Below are positions 35,797 to 48,971 of a stretch of 64,000 nt of DNA, one piece after another; the stretch's first letter is position 1, and the number at the start of each line of letters is the position of its first letter. The position numbers were made by a program, and so were the translations under genes. The stretch comes from Paragordius varius (taxonomy: Eukaryota; Animalia; Nematomorpha). The DNA lies in the NCBI GenBank assembly GCA_964247055.1, contig OZ176052.1:7564001-7628000 (forward strand), read 5' to 3'. A model generated the notes under the pieces. The model made no database searches, had not been told where the DNA came from, and was given only the letters and a program-made list of their open reading frames with translations.

Positions 35797-36230
35797 TTAA
35801 CAAAATGTTCGCAACTCTCGCCATTTTCTAACATGGGGCCCTTACATAAAAGTGTAAATAACTTTCTTAACAGTCCATTACCTTTTAGGGTAGCTTTATA
35901 TCCCAGAGCAATTTAAAATTTGAATATATTAAAAAGTATATTAGGTATAAAGCCGAATTTAAAAATATGCTTTCTTTAGCCTTTTAGTCGGATTATAGAA
36001 AAAAATTTTTTCAAAAAAATAAATTGCAAAAAATCCTCATCTCAAACTTTTTCCGCCATTTTTTCCTTTAAGTCTTTTAAAAAATGCTACGGGCAAATAA
36101 ATGTATATTATGGTTGCAAAATGTTAATAATTAACTTTAAGAAGCTTTTAGATGACATTTTACCCTTAAAATCTTGATATATTTTTGTTTTAACAGCTGT
36201 TCGATTCAACGTTTTTTGGAGCTGTCCTAT

Positions 36231-36765
36231 TTTAATTGGATACAACACATTAATTTAAGTCCGTCGGTCAAATGGAATGGTTGAATACCCCAGGCATGTT
36301 TAAAATTAAAAACTTTAAATAATATAAAATGTAAAACCATAACGATACACTTATAAAACATTAATGAACCGAAATATAAAAAAAATTCTATAAAAATACT
36401 CATTACTTCATTTAATGTAAAACCCTAAATTAAAAACTCAGTTAACATGACATGTTTAATTTAAAAATACAAAATAAACCACTTTTTTGTTTCTCTCGTT
36501 AGATGAGATTTATATAAAAAGCCTTAATTTTAGCTTTATAATTAAATAATCACAATATTTTGCAAAAAGTTTGTAAAACAAAAATAGCATCTACGATATG
36601 AAACTCTTTTTTCAAAACTAAACTGTATTTACATATACACTTATTTATATAATATTTATAGGATAGAAGCATAAATTAATATCGGGCCGTTTCTTTCAGT
36701 AATTTTTTAACAATATCAACTTAAATATAGTCGGGTATTTATATACTCCATTTTAAATCGAAGTG
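36231..36765 (+). mobile_element. piggyBac-type MITE, copy 6 (degenerate)
   Basis: GGATACAACACATT...ATACCCCAGG at the left, ...AATCGAAGTG at the right. Confidence 0.7.
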
Positions 36766-37944
36766 TTATGACTCTAGTCACAAGATTGTAATTTTTTATC
36801 TAATGCATCAAAACAATGTTTGATAATTAAACTTTAATATAAAACCATCCCAAAAGGTAAACTAGGACAAAAAGTAAAAAGGTAAGGAAGCGTTAAATCA
36901 CTCGTAACGGCAGAAAAGCGCCATTAGAATCCTAATAGATTTATCTATTAGAATATTCAGGATATTTTCTATATTCCCTATTTTCTGCACACAGTACATA
37001 TTATGAATACTTTTTCTATATATTTTGATGCAGAAAAAAGATTTATATTATCACAAGGTTATACACGAAAATATTAAACACCATTCTTGGATTTGATACC
37101 AGTTTTGAATAAAAATTACCTATGTGAAAAAACTGAGGCGATATTTTTTTCATTTAATTATAAGGAAAAATTATTCATAACATATATTGAATATTTTGGA
37201 TAATACGCGATTCTTATGATCAAAAATTTTTTTCTTTTATATATGGCTTAGATCATTTTTTATGCGCGATATACATTTTACAAATATAGTAAATATATAA
37301 TAGTTATATTAATTTTTACTGCATAATCGCAAAAGTTTGTGGTTCGAATTTGGCGCCTAAGTGGAATTTTTAAATTGATTATCGTAAGTCTTTTGAGGAG
37401 TTTTTAATAAAATGTATAAGTATAATTTGATAATATTTTGTTTAAGATTATTCTTAAACATATTGAAATAATGTTTCGTTGACACGTTCTCTGATTCGGC
37501 TTAATTTGCGATATTAAAATAATAAAAATAATCTTTTTAGTATTAAAAGAACTCATTTCTTCATTATCGTGTAGCTTTTAGCTATAGAATGATATATAAT
37601 TAGGACATTTTTTTGTGCGTACCGTGTTATTTAGAATGGCTTTAGTGTTTGCAGTTTCCTAATTTCTAAAAGTTGTAATAATACTCAAATTTATAAATTG
37701 ATTATTTTGATAATAAAAAAATCAAGAGCATTAGAAATTTATAAATTTTATTTTACCAAAATTTATATTTAATTTCAGTTATTAAAAAAAATCACTAAAA
37801 AGATGGGGGATTTTATATAATAATAAAAAGATTTATACATGCATTCCCTACAAAAAAGATCCTGGTGAAAAATGTATATTCTATTCGATAAAGGTACCAG
37901 GTTTTTATAGGTTTTTGGTTATGGGCTGCATTAGTCAGTTAAGA

Positions 37945-38875
37945 AAAATATTTAAACTTTTGTCATGGTTGCTCCATATCGAAAATCGCAAAATTAGCGC
38001 ACATTATGCTAAATAAATTTTTTTGTTGTTAAAATAAATTATATATCTCAAATATAAAAAGCACTTTTTAATTTTAGATGTCGCCTCTTAAAATCTCGAA
38101 TTTCGGCACGCCTCAAAATGTGCTTGTTTTTTTAAAGATAACGCAAAAATGCGTGTATTGCGCGATAAAAATTTCAATATTTACTATATGACTCCAAAAA
38201 AGTTTTCGAAACATGCATACTTTGCTTAAAATTAATTATTAGTAATTTGTTGAAGCGCATTGTATGGTATTTTAAAGCAAGAAAATGGTATAAAATACTT
38301 TTTATATAAAAAAAATACAAATATTTCTATTACCTCAGATTTTTCAATTGGAAATTTGTTCTTCTATAAATTTAAGTAATAAATAAATAGCTTTTAGTAA
38401 AATACTTATGTAAATTTGAAGCGAAACATATCCGTAAATCAAAAATCTGAAGCTATGGAAATAATCGAATTATATAGAAAAAGTGGTTTAATATAATATT
38501 TTGAACTGTTTATCTACCGTTACCAACATGCCTTAAAATACTATCAAATAACTTAAACAAAATTTTGCTAAAAATTAAATTTTTTTAAAAAAAAAATACA
38601 TTTGCTCAAAAATATATTAATTGATCTCATAATTAAATTAAAAATTGTTGTGCGCAACTTCGTCCCTTTTAAAAATTTAACACTTTCTGAGCTCAAATCC
38701 AACAATCAAATTTTAACATAAATATATCTTTTCTTCTATGTACTTTATAATATATTTATGATATTTTATGAAGTGACGCATGTAGCTTTCCCAAAATAAA
38801 ATTGATTAACCATAATATGTGCGAATTTTGCGATTTTCATATGCTGAAATCAACACAAAAAATAAATATTTATAT
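37945..38875. repeat. Diverged ~80-bp inverted repeat pair (probable old foldback element)
   Basis: GAAAATCGCAAAATTAGCGCACATTATG (~37980) vs CATAATATGTGCGAATTTTGCGATTTTC (~38810). Confidence 0.55.
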
Positions 38876-40718
38876 AACTCATAAGACATTAAACTAAAAG
38901 GAGCATAAAAATGATGAAGCTTTTTTCTATCAGTATATATATTTAAATATTTTAGCCCTTTTGATTTTGCCCATTGTGTTATGTCCCTAAAAAGCCATGA
39001 ATAGATAATTTTGATTTTGGTCCAATATGGATTTTTTTAATGTATATATAGAAAACTACACCTGAAAATAAAGTGTAAAAAATTGTTTAAACATCAAATA
39101 AGATTGATATAATCATCTTCTGAATTATGTTTTAATATTTTTATAATTATAAAGCATGGTAAATTTTTAGCTGGACATTCTGCTTTTACCACTTTACCTT
39201 TTAAATTAATTATAAAGAATACAATTTCAGGTAAATTCAATCCTAGCGCCTAAAATTTCAAAATAATATATTACTAATAAAAAATGTGTCTAAAATAGTT
39301 TTTAAAATTTATATAGATATAGCTTTTACTTTTTAAATTTTTTTAATTTTTGAGTTAATTAGCAAGGACTCAAATTCACTTGCAACAAATAGGTGATTTC
39401 GAATTTAAAAATCAAAAATGTGTTAATTTATAATTATTATATGTTGAATGAATACATCTATTCGCCTGTTATATGCAGTATATACAAAATAATATCATGA
39501 TATAAATACATATATATATATATATATATTCCGATAGGAAACTGTATCAGGAACCCTTTTGGTTTTAGGGCTTATGAGTGATTAAAAAAGCTATTTAACA
39601 CTTTAAAGTGCTTCATATCAGAAAATGGCAAATTTTTAGCACATTGTTTGTAAAATAAATTTTTGTAGCCTCATTCCAAAAAATATCACTTAAATAAACT
39701 ACTTAAAAAAATCAAAACAATTTATTATATTATTACAATTTTTAGATGTTGGCTCCAAAAATCCCAAATTTTTTCGCTCCTCCAAAACGGACTAGTTCTT
39801 TTAAAATAAACCCAAAAATGCCGGGATTGCGGGATAAAATTTTTAAATACATGTTTTATTTTGACATAAAAACAGTTGTTTGTAAAAATTGCTTATTTTT
39901 TACATAAAATTTAAATTATAGCAAATTTTTGTTGAAGCTAACTCAACAAAGTTTGAAAGTAAACGAACCTTTAAATTAAATTCAAAAGCCATAGAGTTCA
40001 GATTTCACAAAAATAAATTTATTTGAAATAATCTGCTCAAATTCTGCCATTAAATTTTCAAATAAAAGCCAAAACCAAAAGTACCATGATAATCTTGAGA
40101 CAATTTCCTATCCGAATATGCTTTCATATTTTTTATACCCCCCCCCCCCATTTAGGAGTGTAATACTAATTTTTTAGACTATGAAAAAACTTTATTTACT
40201 CAATAATTTGATTTTCGAAGTTTTTCTTAAAATTTGGTATCAATCAAATTAATCCCTGTTTTCGGATATTTTTAAAATAAATACTGAGAGGATAAATTTA
40301 TTTCCACCCTTTTTTGAAGGTCTTAAAATATATAAACGGTGGATTATATTTCACTGCATTCCAGATGCGTTATATTATGGAGTATTTAATATTTAAGCTA
40401 TATATAGGGGGTTCATCTAGTGATATAGTTTAAATAAATATGCAATGTTATTATAATTTTTTTAGGCATATTTTCTGCATTTAATTATTTACTAATATTT
40501 TAACTTTTAGCAAATGTTAATTCTGCTGATAGTTTTAGTAATCACATAGTTAAATAGTAAATACATTTTTTTATTGCACCGTCATATCTCATATATTACA
40601 ATAGTAAATTGGTTAATTTCTTAATTTTAATACAATTACAGAGTTATAATAATACTGCTACGTAAAACTGATTTATCATTTGGTATATTGATAAATAATC
40701 ATACTTAATTAATCCTTA

Positions 40719-42026
40719 ATGGTTAATAAATATTTAATTACTTGGGAATATTTGTTTGTCATAATATACAATATGTCTCTATTTTTAATACTTCCCGAAT
40801 CAAAACTTTTTGTGGACAATGATACAATAAAATCATTATTGGATATTAAATTAAGCAATCAATCTTTAAAGCCATGTTCTGATATAGTTATACAGGTTTC
40901 TATATCCAAACAAATATTCTATGGCTTACTTATCAGATTATTGTTATTACTTACGGTTGTAGTCAATTCCGCAACATTGTATTTCTTAATAGTTACGAAA
41001 ATTAAATCGGGGCCAGCTAAATGGTGTTACCTGGAATATAAACTAATATCGATAATCAATATAGCAATTAGCTTAATTTATTCCATCAGATTTTGGAAAA
41101 AGAATGTTCCCATATATTTTTATGCACACTCAAACAGTGACAAATCTTGGTTGACCTCCTTTAAGTTCATTGATATAACCATCAAGGGTCTTTATTGTGC
41201 TTTCATATATTCACTCCTTATCATTATGGTTGAGCGGTGGATTCTTCTTTATAAACCTATTTTTTATCGGAATTCAATGCGTTTGCTCGCTTCGATTCCC
41301 TACTTGCCCATATTGATCTTGTTCATTGTCATTGTATATTATTATGCTCTCATTGGAGACTCTTACATTATGTCAATGTGTGTGAAATCTTGGAAACCCT
41401 TATATATCCACTATTATTTTAAAGCTGTGACATACCGACACATTATTGCATATGAAATTTTGGGGCTTATACTCTTTAAGGTAATACCTGCCATGACCAT
41501 TATAGTTTTGGGATGGTTTATTGTTCGTAAACTTAGTGCTTGGAAAAAATCTCATATGAGAATAGCGCCAGCCTTTTCTGCCTTAACCCACAATGTGATG
41601 AATTTAACTAGTTACAATACAACGTGGCACAGTACTCAAATTAACTTAAATCATAACATACAATCATCTTTAGATCATAATAATCCATCTTTGACTAATT
41701 TTTCATCTCTTTATCATAGAAAAGACTTTGAAAACATAACGCTTATTAAAAACGTTTCCATAATCCACATAGTAGCTATGATAGGGTTTACAATTATCCC
41801 TAGCAGTATATCTGCCGTTATGTTTATGATGTATGAAAGTGACCCAACTCATTTTAATTACAGAATCATGTCAATAATATATGATATTTCAGATCTCTTA
41901 AATTTTATATATTTCGCTTTCAGTGGATATGTGACTATATGTTTTGATTCCAATTTTAAACAATACAATTTGATACCATTCAAAGAATTCTTAATAAAAA
42001 AATTAAAAACCTTGATAATTAAATAG
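40719..42026 (+). CDS. Intronless, divergent class-A (rhodopsin-like) GPCR, resembling FMRFamide-receptor-like families
   Basis: 435-aa open frame in ~75% AT DNA with seven hydrophobic segments. DRY-equivalent MVERW..LYKP..YR, TM5 F..IP, TM6 proline, helix-8-like FDSNFK. True start could be a downstream ATG (e.g. 40773). Confidence 0.8.
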   Translation: MVNKYLITWEYLFVIIYNMSLFLILPESKLFVDNDTIKSLLDIKLSNQSLKPCSDIVIQVSISKQIFYGLLIRLLLLLTVVVNSATLYFLIVTKIKSGPAKWCYLEYKLISIINIAISLIYSIRFWKKNVPIYFYAHSNSDKSWLTSFKFIDITIKGLYCAFIYSLLIIMVERWILLYKPIFYRNSMRLLASIPYLPILILFIVIVYYYALIGDSYIMSMCVKSWKPLYIHYYFKAVTYRHIIAYEILGLILFKVIPAMTIIVLGWFIVRKLSAWKKSHMRIAPAFSALTHNVMNLTSYNTTWHSTQINLNHNIQSSLDHNNPSLTNFSSLYHRKDFENITLIKNVSIIHIVAMIGFTIIPSSISAVMFMMYESDPTHFNYRIMSIIYDISDLLNFIYFAFSGYVTICFDSNFKQYNLIPFKEFLIKKLKTLIIK

Positions 42027-43820
42027 CCCCAATATAGCTTAATAATCCTGGAATATCATTTACAACTTCCTAACATATATTTTTTATTGTACTATATTGG
42101 CAAAATATCATGTATACCACCCTGTAGAAATAAAATTACATTATGATATATTGTACTTAGTTATATTTTGTAATTAGTTATATTATTTCATTTACTGATA
42201 TTACATAATGGGTGCAAATATCAAGGTCGTCAACGGTGAAGTTGAAAGTTATTTAAATGATTTCTTTTATTCAAATATTTTTGTTAATCATTTTACAAAA
42301 ACTTTGAGGAGCCAATTATTATGATAAAACCAATAAGATTATGTAAATAGTTTGGATTATATTCCTTTTATTAATAATTTAGGAATAAATATAATCCTAT
42401 TTTTTGTAAAATAAAAATTAAAGGATCACACCACGCATTGATTTTTGGCTAAAAATACGAATATTCTGTTGATAATATGGATCATATTAGGGTAATTAGC
42501 CTTGAGACAGGTATTTCGTAAATAACCCGGCAAGAAGAATGGCTATAATGACATATATCTCAAAAGTTAATATATGATAAAATTACCCCCATATTTTGTG
42601 GCTTAAGAAAATTTATTAACCCTATAACTCAAAAAATTGGATGTAAAATAAATTTTTTTAAACATAATGGCTTAAGCTTAATTTTAAGTAACATCGAATG
42701 ATAAGTCCTTTAACAACAAGGCAATTTTTAGTTATTAACGATAAATGGTAACATTCATTTCACTAGCATAATAAATATTATATATAACATCCACCCTTTT
42801 TTGACTAAATCAAGGTTTTTGCGGACATTAAATGCGCCACTCCCTTTAGATCTTCGCATCCTATATTACAATTAAACAATGAGAAAACTTTATTACTGTG
42901 ATACAAAAATTTCTAGATTATAATTAAAAACTTAAATGGGAAAAAACAAATAGGGTAACGGGTATATCAATAATGTATGAACTTTAAAACATTTCTTTCC
43001 TAAATAGATTGATGAATGAACGGAAATTCATTCACATAAAGTGAGAACGTATTAAATTATATCGAGATTGGACCATTATGGTCATTTATATTATATATAT
43101 AGTAGCCCAGGGCGTCAAAGCACGTTTTTGGTTTCTGAATGCAACAGGTTTATTATTTTTAAATTTAGTTCATTTCAAAATTGATTTATAATTAATAATG
43201 TCACCCATTTATGCGAAAAACAAATATTTGGCCCAAATGATGATAAATTAAAAGTATAACTAAGTTAACCAAATATTATATTATGTATGAACCTGGCGGT
43301 GACGATCCATATAAGGAAAATTAACTCAAAAAACTGTTTCAGGCATTTAGCTGTTTTAATATTTTCATTATAAAATTTTTGCCGATTGTATATCAATATA
43401 AATAAAAAACATAATTTATATGCTGTTTCAATAAACTTCAACATTTATTAAGTAAAGCGTCGTGTTAAAATAATTTTTTGAAATCAAATCAAAAGATCAT
43501 AAAATTTTGTATTTTGTATTTGTAAAAAGCTTTTGAAGGAGCTTATGAATTACGTATTTCATAACTTAAAAAAAGAGCTAACTGCTGTAGTATTTTAGTT
43601 AATTTTACTTATATGGAACTGACCCCAGGTTTATTTTGGATTTGAAACCTGGTAAGTTTCTCTATCTAAAACAAAATTAGGATATTATTTTTACCCTAAA
43701 TTCGGCACATTATGATATATAAATACTAACACCATTTTACGAAGATAGATTGTTTTAAATTTAATAATGGATTTTTTAATTTATAAAAGATCATAGTTAA
43801 GCCACATTCATGATCGACAC

Positions 43821-44093
43821 CAGGAGTGTCCAACAAGCGGTCCTCCGGAATATATTTGCAGAGCGCCAGAAATTCAAATACAAAATTAAAAAAATCTAAT
43901 TAAAATTTATTGTACAAACGTTCTAAATAAGTCCTTCCGAATTTCGGTAAGGAACTAGAATCGTTAAATATTAGTATATAGTTTCATATTTGAAATCTAA
44001 TAAATTTGTTAATTCTCATGTATAATGCGAATGCCTGTCGCATTTTTTTAGCCAAAAATGCGGCCCGCAAGGTCATTTGTATTTGACACCCTG
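43821..44093. mobile_element. hAT-type MITE
   Basis: Termini CAGGAGTGTCCAAC / ATTTGACACCCTG; subterminal GCGGCCCGC. The 8-bp TSD is only partly conserved. Confidence 0.65.
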
Positions 44094-45313
44094 AACTACA
44101 GACTGACTTATTAAAAAATCGACTATGTGACAATGATCCAAATAAATTGAATTATAAGCAATTAGGTTTACTAGTTGCAAATTTAATACCGACGAATAAA
44201 AAGAGGTTGATCGCTGAGAATATTTTGATCATTTTTTATTTGTACCGGTTTTTTGATATTCACTTTATCTCTGAAAATATTTTTATTAACCAATCTCATT
44301 ATCATGCATTGACAAGGTTATAGCAACGCGTGACATGGCACATCAATATAGATAAAACATATTTTAGGTTAATGGCATAAATACACTTTACCAATAATAT
44401 CCTTGTACAATAGTAAAATTAAAATAATATAATAAAAATAATTAGCTTAGTATTTATCGTTTATGTGATTACTGAGGTCTTATATACAGAGTGGAAAATA
44501 GAGCTACCCGGACAATAAATAATTTCCATGCAAAAATATGTAAGGATTTTTATGGTGCTTTTGGTTTTTTGGTTACGAGCAGTGGCCTAATAATATAAGA
44601 TTCGCCGAATCGGAATTTGATCCGAATTAGGTATTTTTGATCCATCAAATAATATGATAAAAAATTTAAATCTTGTAAGTATATATATTGAAACAATATA
44701 CCGTTATGGTTACAGTTTTGGCACAAAATGTTAGCTTAGAAAAAGTAATTAAAAATATCAGAATTTTTTGGAAAAAGTATTCTAGAAAGTACTACTTTAT
44801 TATTATCATATCTTTGTCTGTCATAATTGAAACTTAACTTTCTGGGTAATTATGCCAAAAAATTATAAACAATCTCCTTAACATATCTCTAGACACCAGC
44901 TTAATTCAAATCAATAATTGAAACATTGAGGCTGAAAATTATTCAAAATTATTTAAAAGTTAATTACACTTCATTACTTTTTGGGGTAATTTTCTACACA
45001 AGGACGATTTCAAATATGAATATTAAAAAAATTTCCATGATATTAAATCAAATTTAAAAATATTCATTCTATGGCCTTCTACACTCATTGTTAAATAATT
45101 TTTTCATAAAATGAAAAATATCCTCAACTCAAACTTTTAATTGCGATTATTATAAATTTTTAAATGAACACACTGGATTTATTTAGCAAAAAAATAAAAA
45201 ATTAATTCCGAAAGTTTGATAATTATTTTAAAAACTTTTAAAATACAATTTGCCAGCAAATTTTGATAATTATACATTTTTATAGTAGCTATTCAGTTAA
45301 ATGGATTTTTTAA

Positions 45314-45863
45314 CACTTGGATACAACACATTCATTTCAGTCCTTTGATTCAAATTGGGGTAGTTTGATATAACAGGCCTGTTTAAAATTAAATTCGTTA
45401 AAAAAATATGAAAGAAATCCAAACCATGGCAAAATTTTGCACTTATATAACATTAATAATCGAAATAGAATATTTTATTCAAAAATACTTGATATTATTT
45501 ATTATAAGCTAAAACCGAAAGGTAAAAATTTAGTCAACGTGACATGTGTGCAATGGTAAAATTGAAATATAATACAAAATAAACCGCTCTTTCTATTTCC
45601 AATGTTAAATGTAATTTAAATAAAAAATAAGCCAAATACCCTTATAAATGAACACGATATTTTGCAAAAATTTTGTAAAATAATGGCGTCGAAGTAGTTT
45701 GAAATAGAACATTTTTTTCATAAAATTTTATCTATAGATATTTTGCTATATTTATATAATTTTTATTAGGATGGAAGGATAGTAAATTGGTTCGTTTTCT
45801 TTAGTAATTTTTAAAAATCCTAACTTAAATTTTGTTTATTATACCCCAATTTGAATCGAAGTG
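45314..45863 (+). mobile_element. piggyBac-type MITE, copy 7
   Basis: TTAA at 45310-13 and 45864-67. Confidence 0.85.
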
Positions 45864-46121
45864 TTAAGCTACCTGGATTCAGGACTCTAAAAGTCAAAAA
45901 ACTGTAAATAATAAGTTTTTTATATATATGAGAGGAAAATATAATTTTAACCAAAACATCAATAACAGTGTTTTTGAGTACTGGGTCAAAAACTACCACA
46001 GAATGTTATCACGAACAAAATTAAAATACAATAAAATTTTAAAATATAAAAAAAACATGTGTGTCGTTTCATAATTTAGAGACACCCAGTAACAATTTAT
46101 ATATATACTCATAAAATATTC

Positions 46122-48940
46122 ATGCAAAACCCAGTGGTTAATTTTACCTAATTTTTTAGCCTAAATTATACAAAAGTATAATTGATGATGTGGTATCAAA
46201 CAGCAAAGATATTTTTTTGGATGATGGTTTGGATGAACATATTTTATTGGACCTAAAGCAAGTTTGCCAAAATTTATAAAATGTGTTTTTCGAACTCCTT
46301 TGAAAATATATCCTATTTTTATGCGCCAAATTATTATATAGGTAGCCATAATTTTATCATATAAGCAATTTAATATTGTTTATATTTGGCTTTCGTTTTA
46401 CGCTTTTCCATTTACATAATTGCCCCATTTACTAATAAAAATTTAAAATTAGCTATTTAAAAACTTTGATTGGCTTAACACGATGAGCAATTGGTATTGA
46501 TTGCTCTTGATTTATTTGCTCTTGATTTTATTAAAATCAAATAATTGAATGGAATTTTTGAGTATTTATATATTTGATTATTATGTATTTATCTAAATGA
46601 TTCTATGTTGATTTTTTTTTTCTAACATCCTTAAACAATTTTCTTTGTAAAAATTAGTTTTATGGTTTATATAAAATCAAAATAAACATGATTTTTTTTT
46701 CTAAGCTTAAATATTTTCCAAATGATACAATTCCTTGATCCCGAATTTTGAACTAAGAAAATCATAATTTATTTGAAACTGAAAGTTTATCTTTGAATCG
46801 TGCCTACCACACCCGTATACATTAAAATATTATTTTTTAAAACGTCATTTAGAAAGCTAACGCATACTTTTAAAGTATTAACTCAAAAGTATCAACTTTT
46901 TCATATAACTCGATATAAAACATAATTGTTAACAATGTATTTTGATTTTTATCCTATTAAAAAATTAACATTTGCATAATTAGTGACCTGTTTATAATTA
47001 GTAAATTATATATCTTTATAAATCACTTGATCCGTATTTTATCAAAAAATACTTAAATATTAAAACTTTTTTTTTATTTTATACTCACGATTTATTAATA
47101 CTATCATCCTTGCATTCGATTCCTTATTCCATTTTATATTCAGTTTATAAAATAATTGAAATCTTTATCCAAATTAAACATATTTTATTTGTTTGCAAAA
47201 TGTTTATAGCATAATTTATTTTATTATAGTCAAAAAAACTAAATTTTATAGTTATGGTTGAATAAACTAAATGCATCGAAAGCGGTTGATTTTATGAACA
47301 CCGAATCCGAACATGTAATATCAACCCAGCTAGCTATCCAACAACATTTTGCTCAACAACAAGGTACAATTTTAATTTTCCTATTTTAAACTAGGGTTAA
47401 GATTTTGGGCCGTTCAAAAATAATATCGGGTCTGACCGCTTATTTCGGTTTCTAATCCAATTATGTTAAAAGTTTAATTTCTGTTTTGCAATAACCAATT
47501 ATATTGGTTTGATGTTTTTATTTATCAACCAATTATTCAAAATTGGTTATTCTAAAATTTCTTACAATAAATTTAATTTATATACCATTGTTTTTCATTT
47601 ATTGTATATAATGTTAATGTATTTTATATTACTTTATTGGTTATTTTAAATGGTCACAATCATGGTCATGAAAGCATTGATAATATAAAACAAGTTTTTT
47701 CATTTAAAAAGTGGTTTTCAACCTATAAATGTCGAGCATTTAAATCAATTTTAATTTGTTTTAAACTTTTTAGCTAATATAGCCGCAGCGATGGCTATGC
47801 AAAATAATACGTTGTACCAACAAGCTTATCTAAATCAAACCTTGGGATTCAACAAAGATGTTTGCTATCTTTATTTAATATATTATAGTGTTTTTATAAA
47901 TATTTAAAAAAATGATTTTTTGCTCATTAATACGGTGTTATGCAATTAAATTTATCATAAATATTTAGATTTGAACTCTAAAATAAAATTAATAATGTTA
48001 TTGTTTTATTTATTATTAGTGTTTATTTTTGAAGCAAGTTCACGTATGAAATTAGTTATTTTACTCTTAAATTAGAAAACTTTTTTTATATATAAATATT
48101 TCTGTAAACTTTTTATAAGAAATTGACCTCTAAAAAAATTTAGATATTTTACTTATAAATAAATGAGCGAGTTTATACTATATAATTAAATGTATACAGT
48201 ATTAAAAGTATTAAAGCGCTAAAAAACTAAGACAAATATTTTTTCAAAAATAGACAACTATATTATTTAAACCTTAATTTTTTTTAAACATAACTTATCG
48301 TTTTGGCATCCAAAATTAGGACTTTAATATGATACTTTTAAAGGGTATATAGAAGATAACGAGATTTAAAGTATGGTTGTTGTTATAAAAAATATTTGCC
48401 TTTTAAGTTTTTACATTTTCACATTGTATTAAACCAATTACACCCACAATTAATTTAGTCGACATCATCAAGTGCGGCCGCAGCTTTTGCGGCTATTCCC
48501 CCTCATTTGTATCAACACTTTCAAAGCGTAATCACTAATCATCCCAATTTCAAGCAAACACGTAAGAAAAATCAAAAATTTAACACACAATATTATCAAA
48601 TTATATATTCATTATGGAATACTAAGTATTTTCTTAAAAATTATAAAATTTGTGAAATAATGATTAACTAAACAAGAATCAATTTAAAAAAGATGCAACT
48701 TGAACACTATTCGCATCTTAGTTTCGTGGTTGTTAGAATTTATATTACGACACAACTATTTAACATCAAATTAGTTCAATATGTCCAACAATGCAATTTT
48801 GTGTATAAAAGTCGGTAGGGAAACTAACCCAAATTTACCATAATTAAACTGAATATTTTATATAAACATTAGATGTATAACCTTAAAATAATGATATTCT
48901 TATTTTTACCTTATATTTTTTGTAATTTAGATATCAAATT

Positions 48941-48971
<31 letters not shown>

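Noticed and set aside
42208-42324. Short ATG-initiated ORF downstream of the GPCR
   Set aside because: About 38 codons with no recognisable motif or splice partner.
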